From NCBI GenBank assembly GCA_036385045.1, contig DASVLC010000252.1, forward strand, positions 2,185 to 66,184: a stretch of 64,000 bases of DNA, in the 5' to 3' direction. The stretch's first letter is position 1. Each line of letters starts with the position of its first letter. Under the pieces are notes generated by a model. It had not been told where the DNA came from, ran no database searches, and worked only from the letters and a program-made list of their open reading frames with translations. This DNA is from Thermoanaerobaculia bacterium (GTDB lineage Bacteria; Acidobacteriota; Thermoanaerobaculia; Gp7-AA8). Both the position numbers and the translations under genes were made by a program. Positions 27,151 through 35,963 of this stretch are shown in pieces.

Positions 27151-30100
27151 TCAGTTTGCGGCAGCAGAGGCGACGGTGGGATTCGACTTCACCCGCTGCC
27201 ATTCGGCCTCGCGCGCACTTCCCGGAGGAATCAGCGCCTTCGTCACCTGGTCGCGCAATTCCGGCCGAAGCAGACGAAAGGGAACGCGTACCGGGGCATC
27301 AGCGGTCAGCTTCTCCGTCGATTCGTTAGCCGCTGCGATCGCACGCCAGTTCGCCGCATCACCAGTGAGGCGAAGGGCCAGTCTGGTCCATGAATCGCCA
27401 GCACTCGGCTTGAACGTCACGTTGATGTCATACGCTGCCGTCAATACGGCCCGCATCTGATCGTCGATGTCGACGGTCGAGAGCGTTGATGCGGTAGCAG
27501 GCCGCCACTGCGACTGCGGCACGCCCTTCTTCTCAGGTGCTCCCGCTGCAGGAACGCTCGAAGGGGATAGCACCTGTTCTGCAAGCTCGGGATTCGCACG
27601 CTTCCAGGCGGTTTCGAGCTCGCTTCCGGACGGGAGGAGCTCCGCTGCGATCTGCCGCTGGATCTGAGGACGGAGGATATGGAAGGGCACCCGGACTGGA
27701 ACTCCAGCGACGAGTGCTTCGCCTGCGTCGTTGAAATCTGCAATCGCCCACCAGTTCTTCGCGTCGCCGGTCACACGCTTCGCGAGCCGGGTCCACGCAT
27801 CGCCGTCGTGGGGAATCACACTGACCTCAATGTGATGATCGGTCGAAAGCGTGGCGCGCATCTGCGGGTCGATCTGTGCCGATGCGAGCACTCCGCGTGT
27901 CGGGCGCGGCGTTGGAGCCGATGGGGTGACCACTGGCGCAGGCGTCACTGCCGGCTTCGCCTCGACTACCTTTGCAGGCTCAGGCGCGGGGGCTGGGGTC
28001 ACCGGTCGCACAGGAGCCGCGACTGGCGCAGGTGCTACTGCCGGCTTCGCCTCGACTACCTTTGCAGGTTCAGGCGCGGGGGCCGGAGTCACAGGTCGGA
28101 CAGGAGCCGCGACTGGCGCAGGTGCTACCACCGGCTTCGCTTCGACCACCTTGACCGGTTCAGGCGCGGGGGCCGGAGTCGCAGGCTTCACGGGAGCCGC
28201 GACTGGCGCAGGTGCTACCACCGGCTTCGCCTCGACCACCTTGACCGGTTCAGGTGCGGGGGCCGGAGTCGCAGGCTTCACGGGAGTCGCGACTGGCGCA
28301 GGTGCTACCACCGGCTTCGCCTCGACCACCTTGACCGGTTCAGGCGCAGGGGCCGGAGTCGCAGGCTTCACAGGAGCCGCGACTGGCGCAGGTGCTGCCA
28401 CCGGCTTCGCCTCGACCACCTTGACCGGTTCAGGCGCAGGGGCCGGAGTCGCAGGCTTCACGGGAGCTGCTGCCACAGGGGCAGGAGTCACGACGAAGTC
28501 CGGCTCCTCTGCTCTCACGGATGAGGGCGCCGGAGACGGCACGCTGGCCGCGGCTGGTACAGGCTCCGGTGCCCTCACCGGGGAAGCGACGGCAGACGGA
28601 GCCGCCGAAGCAGGTCTCGCTTCGGCGGCGGGAACGTTGGATTGAGTAGATGTCGACGTCCAGGTCGATGCGGGAGCGGCCGGCTGCATCGGCGCCGCAA
28701 CCGCCACGGAAGCGGGCGCCTGGAGCATACCGATCTCGCGCGGCGGCGGCGGAGATGTCTGGAACGACGGCGGAAGACCGTACTGATCGAGTGTACCCGG
28801 CTGAGCGGGCCGATTGTCGAACGCCGGCAGCTGGATCACGTCGCCGGGAGCGAGTGGCTCCACATCGCGCCACTCGAGCGCGGCGGCAAGCTGTTCCTCG
28901 GGATCAGTAAGAAGTCTCGGCGTGATGACGAAGAGAATCTCCTGCTCACTGATCTCGCGACCTTCCCAACTGAAGAAGTTGCGCAGGATGGGGACTTCTG
29001 ACAATCCCGGCACGCCTCTCTTCGAGTTTTCTTCCTCAAAGGAAATGAGTCCGCCAATGACCAGACTCTGTCCGGGGGCGACACTTGCGGTCGTCTGAAC
29101 CGACTGCACCTGGAAGCCCGGTACGCCGGAAACGGCCAGATCCGCGGTCGGGCGGATGATGCTCGGCGAGATCTCCAGCGCTACGAGACCATTCGGAGCA
29201 AGCGTAGGCCTGATGTCGAGACGAACGCCGAAGTCCTGGAAAAGGAATCCCTGAACTGATGCCGTCTGGCCGAGGGTGGTCGTCGGAATCGGCACTTCTC
29301 CACCGACGAGTACCGAGGCGGATTCGCCGGACAGCGTGGTGATATTGGGCTCGGCGACCGAACGCGCGACCGTCTGCTGCTGGAGCAGATCGATGGCGGC
29401 AACGATTCTGAGAGTCCGGTCGACGAAGCTTCCGACGAGATTGCCGGTCAGGATGTTCGAGACCGACGGCACATTGGGTGCAGCAGGAAGCCCCGGCTGA
29501 CCCGGCTGATGATAGCTGCCAATCGAAAGGTGATCTTTGTCGATGCGATAGTCGATACCAAGACGGCGGGCCCGCCCGCGGTCGATCTGCAGAACGCGGA
29601 TCGAAACCATGATCTGCGGCAGATTATCCACTTCAAGGAAGGACAGGACGCGACCCGACGCCGACTTCAGAATCTGGCCGCGAGCGACGTGTAAGGCCAG
29701 ACCCGCGGTGGGAGGCTCATTGCCCTGAAGTCTCTGAAGTCCGCCACCTGTGGTTCCTGCGAAATTGCGGTTCCTTGCTACGTCGAAGGCCTTGTCGTCG
29801 AGCGGTTCGATCCTGCCGCCGATACCTCCAAGCTGCAATTCGGCGAGCGTGATCGCCCTGACCAGTGAAGAAATATCCCTCACCCGTCCCTCGAGAACTA
29901 CGGCGTCCACGGCGCTGTTCGCGTCGAGTCCCACCTGCATTCGCCGGGGTCGAATCCGAGGATCGACATCGAGAAGAGCCGTACTCAGACGGAGGTCCGC
30001 GTCGCTGAGGCCGGGATACTCCAGCAGACTCACGACGCGCCCTGACGTGGTGACTCCCGGAGCGACTCCGAGCAGGCGTTCCGTAAGCGACCTTGCTTCC

Positions 30101-30594
30101 GCAGCGATGCGGCCATCGCGCACTCTGCCGCTGAGGATCAGAACCGACCCGTCACCACTCGGCTCGATCCTGATGTTCGGGTCGAGCGCACGAAGAGCCG
30201 ACTCCAGCGCCTCGAACTGAGGAGCGACAACCAGGTCGTAGCGCAGGCGCCGACCACCCTCCAGCCAGACGAACACATTCGAGCGGCCAGGCATCAGCCC
30301 CTGGAGGAGCACCTGACGCGGCTCGACGACATGGATGGCGACGATCCTCTCGTCACCGACCGCGACGCGCTCGACGCGTGAAGGGAAGGTCAGAACGTTA
30401 CCGGAGCCGACACGCACATGAACGGTGTCAGCAAACTGCATAGGTCCGGTGGGAGCCGATTGAAGACGCGCGCTACCGGGCACTGGCATCGGCCGAGCCG
30501 GAGCGGGCGATTGTGCGAAAGTGAGGACAGGGACCAGGAGAGCTACGAGCCCTGTCGCTACGGAGCGGCGCTTCTGTAACTTCTGTAAGAACAT
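27151..30594 (-). CDS. cpaC: Flp/Tad pilus secretin CpaC/RcpA with a C-terminal PA-rich tandem-repeat linker and two LysM-like domains
   Basis: Signal peptide, BON/N-domains, and a secretin core (…VQSVQTTASVAPGQSLVIGGLISFEEENSKRGVPGLSEVPILRNFFS…FVITPRLL). Then six copies of a 31-aa repeat PAPVAAPVKPATPAPAPEPVKVVEAKPVAAP. Then two ~50-aa modules (GDAWTRLAKRVTGDAKNWWAIADFN…VPVRVPF; GDSWTRLALRLTGDAANWRAIAAAN…APVRVPF) resembling LysM. Confidence 0.8.
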   Translation of the reverse strand: MFLQKLQKRRSVATGLVALLVPVLTFAQSPAPARPMPVPGSARLQSAPTGPMQFADTVHVRVGSGNVLTFPSRVERVAVGDERIVAIHVVEPRQVLLQGLMPGRSNVFVWLEGGRRLRYDLVVAPQFEALESALRALDPNIRIEPSGDGSVLILSGRVRDGRIAAEARSLTERLLGVAPGVTTSGRVVSLLEYPGLSDADLRLSTALLDVDPRIRPRRMQVGLDANSAVDAVVLEGRVRDISSLVRAITLAELQLGGIGGRIEPLDDKAFDVARNRNFAGTTGGGLQRLQGNEPPTAGLALHVARGQILKSASGRVLSFLEVDNLPQIMVSIRVLQIDRGRARRLGIDYRIDKDHLSIGSYHQPGQPGLPAAPNVPSVSNILTGNLVGSFVDRTLRIVAAIDLLQQQTVARSVAEPNITTLSGESASVLVGGEVPIPTTTLGQTASVQGFLFQDFGVRLDIRPTLAPNGLVALEISPSIIRPTADLAVSGVPGFQVQSVQTTASVAPGQSLVIGGLISFEEENSKRGVPGLSEVPILRNFFSWEGREISEQEILFVITPRLLTDPEEQLAAALEWRDVEPLAPGDVIQLPAFDNRPAQPGTLDQYGLPPSFQTSPPPPREIGMLQAPASVAVAAPMQPAAPASTWTSTSTQSNVPAAEARPASAAPSAVASPVRAPEPVPAAASVPSPAPSSVRAEEPDFVVTPAPVAAAPVKPATPAPAPEPVKVVEAKPVAAPAPVAAPVKPATPAPAPEPVKVVEAKPVVAPAPVATPVKPATPAPAPEPVKVVEAKPVVAPAPVAAPVKPATPAPAPEPVKVVEAKPVVAPAPVAAPVRPVTPAPAPEPAKVVEAKPAVAPAPVAAPVRPVTPAPAPEPAKVVEAKPAVTPAPVVTPSAPTPRPTRGVLASAQIDPQMRATLSTDHHIEVSVIPHDGDAWTRLAKRVTGDAKNWWAIADFNDAGEALVAGVPVRVPFHILRPQIQRQIAAELLPSGSELETAWKRANPELAEQVLSPSSVPAAGAPEKKGVPQSQWRPATASTLSTVDIDDQMRAVLTAAYDINVTFKPSAGDSWTRLALRLTGDAANWRAIAAANESTEKLTADAPVRVPFRLLRPELRDQVTKALIPPGSAREAEWQRVKSNPTVASAAAN
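27925..28485. repeat. About six tandem 93-bp direct repeats (coding, inside cpaC)
   Basis: Visible reiteration of GCCGCGACTGGCGCAGGTGCTAC(C/T)GCCGGCTTCGCCTCGAC(C/T)ACC(T)TTG(A/C)C(A/C)GGTTCAGGCGCGGGGGCCGGAGTC(A/G)CAGG... with a few SNPs between copies. Confidence 0.8.
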
Positions 30595-31394
30595 TAGCGG
30601 ACGTCAACCCTCTCTCGCCGTGCACCGGCGATCAAATCTACCTGCATCGTCTGAGCTGCGGCGGCCTGTTCGGCTGTGGGCACGGGATCGACTTCGAGCA
30701 TGTTGCCCGTCTCGACCTCGCGCTTGCCGTGCACCGCGAAGGTGATTCGGTGTCGAACCGTTTCAGCCTGCGCAATCGGTGCTACGTCCTCGGGCCGTAC
30801 CGCAATCACGAGTCCAATCGTGCCGCTCGGCGCCTTCGAGTTTCCCGCTGAAGCGACGATGGCTTCGAGACCGTTTTTCTGCGCCGGAGGCCGGGTCTGC
30901 ATCGATCCCACGTAATAGACATCGCGACCTACGACTCGCGACAGACCATTGCGATCGATGGCCATGACTTCGAGCCGGTCACCCAGCCGAAGCTGACGGA
31001 CAGGCAGAAGCGTCCCGGGCACCGAGAGGGTCATGATGACGCGCCCCTCAGGAGGTGCATCGGCGAGCCACTGGTTGGCTGCGTTGGCAACGGCGAAATC
31101 GTTGGCCGTCACCACTGCACCTTCTGCGAGGGGACGCTGCAGTACTCGCCCGACCAGTTGTTCAGGATTGATTGCGGCTCCCGAAGGAACCGAAGCTTTT
31201 GCAACTCTTGAGACAACCAATTTGGTCGCGTCGATTCTTTCACCCGGCTGCATGCTGCTCTTCGCAACGACAACGCTTGATCCTGTTGCGCGCCAGATCT
31301 GGCGTGCGCCAAGCACTGCGGCTACGAGAAAAGCGATGGCAACCGTAAGAACGTACGGGACCGAAATGTGGCCACGACCGCGTTTATATTGCAC
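30594..31394 (-). CDS. cpaB: Flp pilus assembly protein CpaB/RcpC
   Basis: N-terminal TM, SAF-like domain and the CpaB C-terminal region. The stop overlaps the cpaC start. Confidence 0.75.
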   Translation of the reverse strand: MQYKRGRGHISVPYVLTVAIAFLVAAVLGARQIWRATGSSVVVAKSSMQPGERIDATKLVVSRVAKASVPSGAAINPEQLVGRVLQRPLAEGAVVTANDFAVANAANQWLADAPPEGRVIMTLSVPGTLLPVRQLRLGDRLEVMAIDRNGLSRVVGRDVYYVGSMQTRPPAQKNGLEAIVASAGNSKAPSGTIGLVIAVRPEDVAPIAQAETVRHRITFAVHGKREVETGNMLEVDPVPTAEQAAAAQTMQVDLIAGARRERVDVR

Positions 31395-31491
31395 TGTCGA
31401 ACCTCACCGGTTTCAGTTGTTACACAGTTAATTTGGAATGGGTTGGGGACCGTTACGGCGACTGTAACACTGCCAACTTCTGTGGTCAACA

Positions 31492-32283
31492 CTACAGACC
31501 TATGTTCCGAACCAGATCGAGCGTTCGGAATATCTCGAGTACGACAGGCAACACAACGACCATTAGAAACAAGGGGATTCCGCACAGCAGAACCGGGATG
31601 AGCGCGATCATCATTGCGCGGTCGATTCGCTTGCGACCCCTGTCGACGCGCCTCTCCCTCTGGATCTCCGCCTGAACCGCGAGAGTATCGGCGACGGGGA
31701 ATCCGAGCCGGCTGCTCAGCGCGAGTGCCGAGGCAATCGTATGAAGATCAGGCAAACGCGTTCTTCCTGCCAGAGCTCCAAAGGCGGCCGCGTGATCCTT
31801 CCCTGCGGCGATCTCGTCAGACACCAGCTTCACTTCGTCAGCAAGCGGATGCCCCCGATTCAGCCCGTGGACGCCCGCACGGCGAAAAGCCTCCGGCAAG
31901 TCGAGACCTGACTGAAGGAGGGAAACCAGCAGGTCCAGGAAAAATGAGAGCGACTGCAGAATCCTTCTCTGCCTCGAACGCCGGCGAAGAAGAAGCCAGA
32001 CATCGGGAATGAAGAAGCCGGTCAACGCCAGCAATGCCAGCGCGGCCCATGGCAGCCAGGCCCAGAACTCATACGCGATCAGCGGAAGCATGAAAGCGAG
32101 AGCGACTTTCCCGACCCAGTACAACGGCCGGAGCCGCACGGGATCGAACCCGGCCGGGGTCGCAAGGCCGACGAAATAGCCGGATGGTCCGGCCGCCGCA
32201 CCGCGTGGGCGCATCACGAAGAAGACGGTGATTGCCGCAAGCAGCACGAAGAGCAACAGCAGGTCGATCAGAGTCCCACTCAT
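31492..32283 (-). CDS. tadC: Tad pilus inner-membrane platform protein TadC (T2SS F family)
   Basis: GspF/TadC-like helical domain with flanking TM helices; 263 aa. Confidence 0.75.
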   Translation of the reverse strand: MSGTLIDLLLLFVLLAAITVFFVMRPRGAAAGPSGYFVGLATPAGFDPVRLRPLYWVGKVALAFMLPLIAYEFWAWLPWAALALLALTGFFIPDVWLLLRRRSRQRRILQSLSFFLDLLVSLLQSGLDLPEAFRRAGVHGLNRGHPLADEVKLVSDEIAAGKDHAAAFGALAGRTRLPDLHTIASALALSSRLGFPVADTLAVQAEIQRERRVDRGRKRIDRAMMIALIPVLLCGIPLFLMVVVLPVVLEIFRTLDLVRNIGL

Positions 32284-33194
32284 AGCTCAATCCTCAGGAT
32301 TCGTCTGAGCCAGATGAATCCGGCTATCTGCATAAGGATCGCAACACCGAACATCATTGGTCCCCAGGACAAAGCCCAGACCAGGGACAACGCGTCCGGC
32401 TTCTTCCAGACGAAGAATGCGATCATCAGGTACGGGATCAGCGCCACGGCGATGGCCGCGGTCTGAGCGCCCGCGATATGAGTACGGAGCTGACCTCGCA
32501 GCCGGAGGCTGTGCCGCATCGTCCGCGTCACAGCCTGGAGACTCGGGGCAAGCGGGCCCCCAACCTCCCACTTGGCCACGAGCAACTGAGTGAAGATCCT
32601 GACGCCTTCCGACGGGTATCTAACGAGCATGCGTGTCAGTGCGCGTTCGATGGGAACCGATGCACGCAACTGAGACGCGACTTCGCCGAGCTCGCTCTTG
32701 ACCGGCTGCAGTGAACCCTCGGCAGCGCTGGCAATCGCCTCTACCGGAGTCTGACCGGCCGCCAGAGCACCGATCATCAGGTCGATCGCATCGGCAAGGC
32801 GGTTCTCGAAGAGCCAGGCCCGCTGCCGTGCGAATTCGGTCATCAGTGAAATGATCAGCCAGAGCGCCAGGACGCCGCCCACCGCCGCCCAGATGAATCC
32901 GACCGAGAATCGCATGATCAACAGCATGACGATCGCAATCGTGAGCGCCAGCAGCACGCCAGCCGCGAGGGGAGACACCCCGACACCAGCGGCCCGCAGC
33001 TTCTGTTCGACCAGACCGACTTTCGGCTGCGCCTCGGCGAAGACCTCCGTCTCGTCCGAGTCGCGACCCATCAGCCGCTCGAGATGTGTACTGCTGTCCT
33101 GCAGCGCCTGGCGTGAGCGCAGATACTTCCACGCTACGAATAGAACCACGCCGACGGCGATGACCAGGATGAGTAGTTCCAAAGAGCTGCTCAT
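32280..33194 (-). CDS. tadB: Tad pilus inner-membrane platform protein TadB (T2SS F family)
   Basis: T2SSF domain with TM helices on both sides. 4-bp overlaps with its neighbours. Confidence 0.75.
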   Translation of the reverse strand: MSSSLELLILVIAVGVVLFVAWKYLRSRQALQDSSTHLERLMGRDSDETEVFAEAQPKVGLVEQKLRAAGVGVSPLAAGVLLALTIAIVMLLIMRFSVGFIWAAVGGVLALWLIISLMTEFARQRAWLFENRLADAIDLMIGALAAGQTPVEAIASAAEGSLQPVKSELGEVASQLRASVPIERALTRMLVRYPSEGVRIFTQLLVAKWEVGGPLAPSLQAVTRTMRHSLRLRGQLRTHIAGAQTAAIAVALIPYLMIAFFVWKKPDALSLVWALSWGPMMFGVAILMQIAGFIWLRRILRIEL

Positions 33195-34492
33195 CGGCTC
33201 CCCTCCTTCCCAATGCCTTCTCCCGACAGAAACGCATCGCGAGCGGCGGTTGCTTCGAAACGGCCTGATGACGGCTGATAGACAAACAGATCCCGGACGA
33301 CGATGTCGCGTCCGGCGTGAACTACTTCGGCGAGATTAGTCAACCGGCGGCTGCCGTCGGGGAATCGGGCGAGCTGCGCGACGAGATGAATCGTCGACGC
33401 CACCAGTTCTCCGACCGATTCGAGCGAGCGGTCGGCGCCTCCCATCAGAACCAGATTCTCCAGTCTGCGGAGCGCATCAGCCGGCGAACTGGCGTGGATC
33501 GTCGTCAGGCTGCCGTCGTGTCCCACATGCATCGCCTGAAGCATCTCGAAAGCCTCGGCCCCACGGATCTCACCGACGATGATCCGGTCGGCTCGCATCC
33601 GGAGAGCGTTGCGAACCAGCGTCGGCAGATCCACGCCTCCGCTCCCTTCCGCATTCGCGGGCCTCGCCTCGAGAGAAACGACGTGCGGGTGCTCGAGGCG
33701 CAGTTCGGCGGTCTCCTCGATCGTGACGATTCTCTGGCCGGCAGGAATCGCGCGGGACAGCACATTGAGCAAGGTCGTCTTCCCGGCGCCTGCTCCTCCG
33801 GCAATGACCATGTTGCGGCGTAGCCGCACCGCTTCGCTGAGGAACTCGGCCATCTCGTTCGAGAGGGTGCCGAAGGCCACCAGCTCGTCGAGCCGATACG
33901 TCGCCTCGCGAAACCGCCGAATGGAGACTACGGAGCCGTGAATGCTGACCGGCGACAGAACCGCGTTGAGCCGCGACCCGTCTGGCAACCTGAGATCCAC
34001 GTAGGGTGCGTTCTCATCGAGGCGCCTCCCCTGTGTTCCTACCATGCGTCGCAGTATCCGACGCAAATGGGTTTCGTCATCGAAACGAACGTTGGTCCGC
34101 TCGAGCTTCCCGAACCGATCGACCCAAACCTCGTCCGGACCATTGATCAGAATGTCCGAGACGGTCGGGTCTCTCAGAAATCGCGCAACGGGGCCGAGCC
34201 CCTCGACCTCGTCGACCAGCTCCTGTTCGATCTGGTCGAGCCATTCGGGGGACAGCGCCTCGACGTCGAGGTTGTCCTCGATCACCTGCCTGACACGATT
34301 GCGGTCGGCCACGCCACCTCCCGTAGCCTCCACACTTCGGATGATGAGCCGGAAGAGCCGCTGCCGGAGACCTCCCTTTTCGACCGGAGTCTCCTCTGCC
34401 AACTGCGACGGAACCTGGGGGTGTCGCCGTCTCCATGACGACCGGATGAGGGTTCTCAGGTCCTCTCCCTCATAGAACGGCGCCTCGGTCAT
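33191..34492 (-). CDS. cpaF: Tad pilus secretion ATPase CpaF/TadA
   Basis: Walker A IAGGAGAGKTTLLN, Asp box, His box (MHVGHDGSLTTIH); VirB11/GspE-like. Confidence 0.9.
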   Translation of the reverse strand: MTEAPFYEGEDLRTLIRSSWRRRHPQVPSQLAEETPVEKGGLRQRLFRLIIRSVEATGGGVADRNRVRQVIEDNLDVEALSPEWLDQIEQELVDEVEGLGPVARFLRDPTVSDILINGPDEVWVDRFGKLERTNVRFDDETHLRRILRRMVGTQGRRLDENAPYVDLRLPDGSRLNAVLSPVSIHGSVVSIRRFREATYRLDELVAFGTLSNEMAEFLSEAVRLRRNMVIAGGAGAGKTTLLNVLSRAIPAGQRIVTIEETAELRLEHPHVVSLEARPANAEGSGGVDLPTLVRNALRMRADRIIVGEIRGAEAFEMLQAMHVGHDGSLTTIHASSPADALRRLENLVLMGGADRSLESVGELVASTIHLVAQLARFPDGSRRLTNLAEVVHAGRDIVVRDLFVYQPSSGRFEATAARDAFLSGEGIGKEGSR

Positions 34493-35643
34493 GCTGCCCG
34501 TCCTCTGAGGCTCCCTTTGGTCACATCGCGCGCGAGCCGCTTCACCGCCTCGGCAAACAGGGCCGCTCCCCGCTCGAACAATGCTGGCATTCCTCGATGG
34601 GTTCCCAGTTGCACGGGGACCAGGAAAGGAACCACGTGATCCACCGCTCGCCCGAGTTGCTGTGCGATCAGTTCGGGAGGAAGCACGTCACCCGCGGAGC
34701 GGTACCGGTTCACGACCAGACGCACCCTGTCGTCTGCGAACCCGAGAGAGCTCATCATTCTCAGCAGCCGCGCTGTTCCGGCGACAGTCGGTGCAGAACC
34801 CTCGGTCACTACGACGACGTAGTCGCTGAGATCGAGTACCGAAAGCGTGAGCAGGTCGAGCGTCGGCGCAGTGTCGATAATCACGTTCTGGAAGCGCCGC
34901 CGCAACTCGATCACGACGCGTCCCGCATCTTCCGGAGTGATCATCTCTGCAGCACGAGGGTCAATGGGACTCGCGAGTAGTGCAATCCCGGGATCGGGCC
35001 CGGCCGCCGGGAGCGGGAACATCGGGCCGTGGTTGAGCTCACGAACGGCGCCAGCGAGATCTCGATCGGGAAGAATGCCGAGGTGTGCGGCCGCGGAGCC
35101 GAACTGCACGTTGGCGTCCATCAGGCTTACACCGAGGGACGGGTCAGCCGCGCGGATCGCAAGCGCAGAGTTGATCGCCAGCGTGGTTGTTCCAACTCCC
35201 CCCTGATGGCTGAAGAACGCTACGGTGCGCCCCTCCTGCTTGCGGGGGCCACCCTCCGGCACCGACTGCAGAGCCGCCGAAATCTCGGAAGGCGAAAGCG
35301 GCAGCGGGACGAAATCACCGAATCCGGAGCGGACCGCCTGGCGAAGGAACTCCGCCTCGACATCACTTGAATCGATCAACGGATTGAGCAGGCCGATGAG
35401 CAGCCTGTCGGCACGGCGCAACTCACGAGCAACACTCAGCGCCAGTGCACGCTCGTGCACCAGATCGATCAGAATGATGCGGGGGTCGTATTCGTTCGCG
35501 ATCTGCAGGGCGGCAGCTGCCGTCTCTGCGTGACGCGTCGCTATCGCCTGCCGGTGGGCGTCGCGAAGGACGACCTCGATGTCACGGCGGACATCTGAAT
35601 CTGGATGAACGATGAGTACTCGATCGACACGGCCGGAGGTCAT
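34489..35643 (-). CDS. cpaE: Flp pilus assembly protein CpaE/TadZ (REC-like N-domain plus ParA/MinD-like ATPase)
   Basis: N-terminal receiver-like domain, then a deviant Walker A (FFSHQGGVGTTTLAINSA) of ParA/MinD-type AAA_31. Confidence 0.8.
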   Translation of the reverse strand: MTSGRVDRVLIVHPDSDVRRDIEVVLRDAHRQAIATRHAETAAAALQIANEYDPRIILIDLVHERALALSVARELRRADRLLIGLLNPLIDSSDVEAEFLRQAVRSGFGDFVPLPLSPSEISAALQSVPEGGPRKQEGRTVAFFSHQGGVGTTTLAINSALAIRAADPSLGVSLMDANVQFGSAAAHLGILPDRDLAGAVRELNHGPMFPLPAAGPDPGIALLASPIDPRAAEMITPEDAGRVVIELRRRFQNVIIDTAPTLDLLTLSVLDLSDYVVVVTEGSAPTVAGTARLLRMMSSLGFADDRVRLVVNRYRSAGDVLPPELIAQQLGRAVDHVVPFLVPVQLGTHRGMPALFERGAALFAEAVKRLARDVTKGSLRGRAA

Positions 35644-35963
35644 GGGTTACCTGGTCTTTGGGGGCTAGTGGTCATTTTTCGTGGGTGGGTAGAGGATCGT
35701 GATGACTGCCGGTCAAAAGAAACGCTCTGTTCCTCTCCTCACTCCAGATGCGATGCCGCCAGCCTCACTCCGGTCACGGGTGAGCTCCAGCGGACGAGAC
35801 TTCTCCGATTGAGTGCTGCCGTTGTAAAGGACCTTACCGGTCGAAGGATACACGCGTCCGGGCGGGTTGGCCAGAGGGAAGACGCGCGCTGCGCTGCACG
35901 CAACAAACCGGCCACGGCAGTATCTGCCTTTCATGCCGGCCGGCGAAAAGGCGCTCGCGAGTA

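Noticed and set aside
27925-28485. CRISPR array
   Set aside because: The only tandem repeats in the window are 93-bp coding repeats without unique spacers. No cas genes are present.
27679-28645. Two plus-strand ORFs (281 and 264 aa) with striking internal periodicity (RRCYHRLRLDHLDRFRRGGRSRRLH…; TGAGATTGFASTTLTGSGAGAGVAGF…)
   Set aside because: The periodicity comes from translating the 93-bp tandem repeats of the secretin gene in wrong frames and on the wrong strand. The secretin reading frame on the minus strand is continuous and homologous to CpaC.
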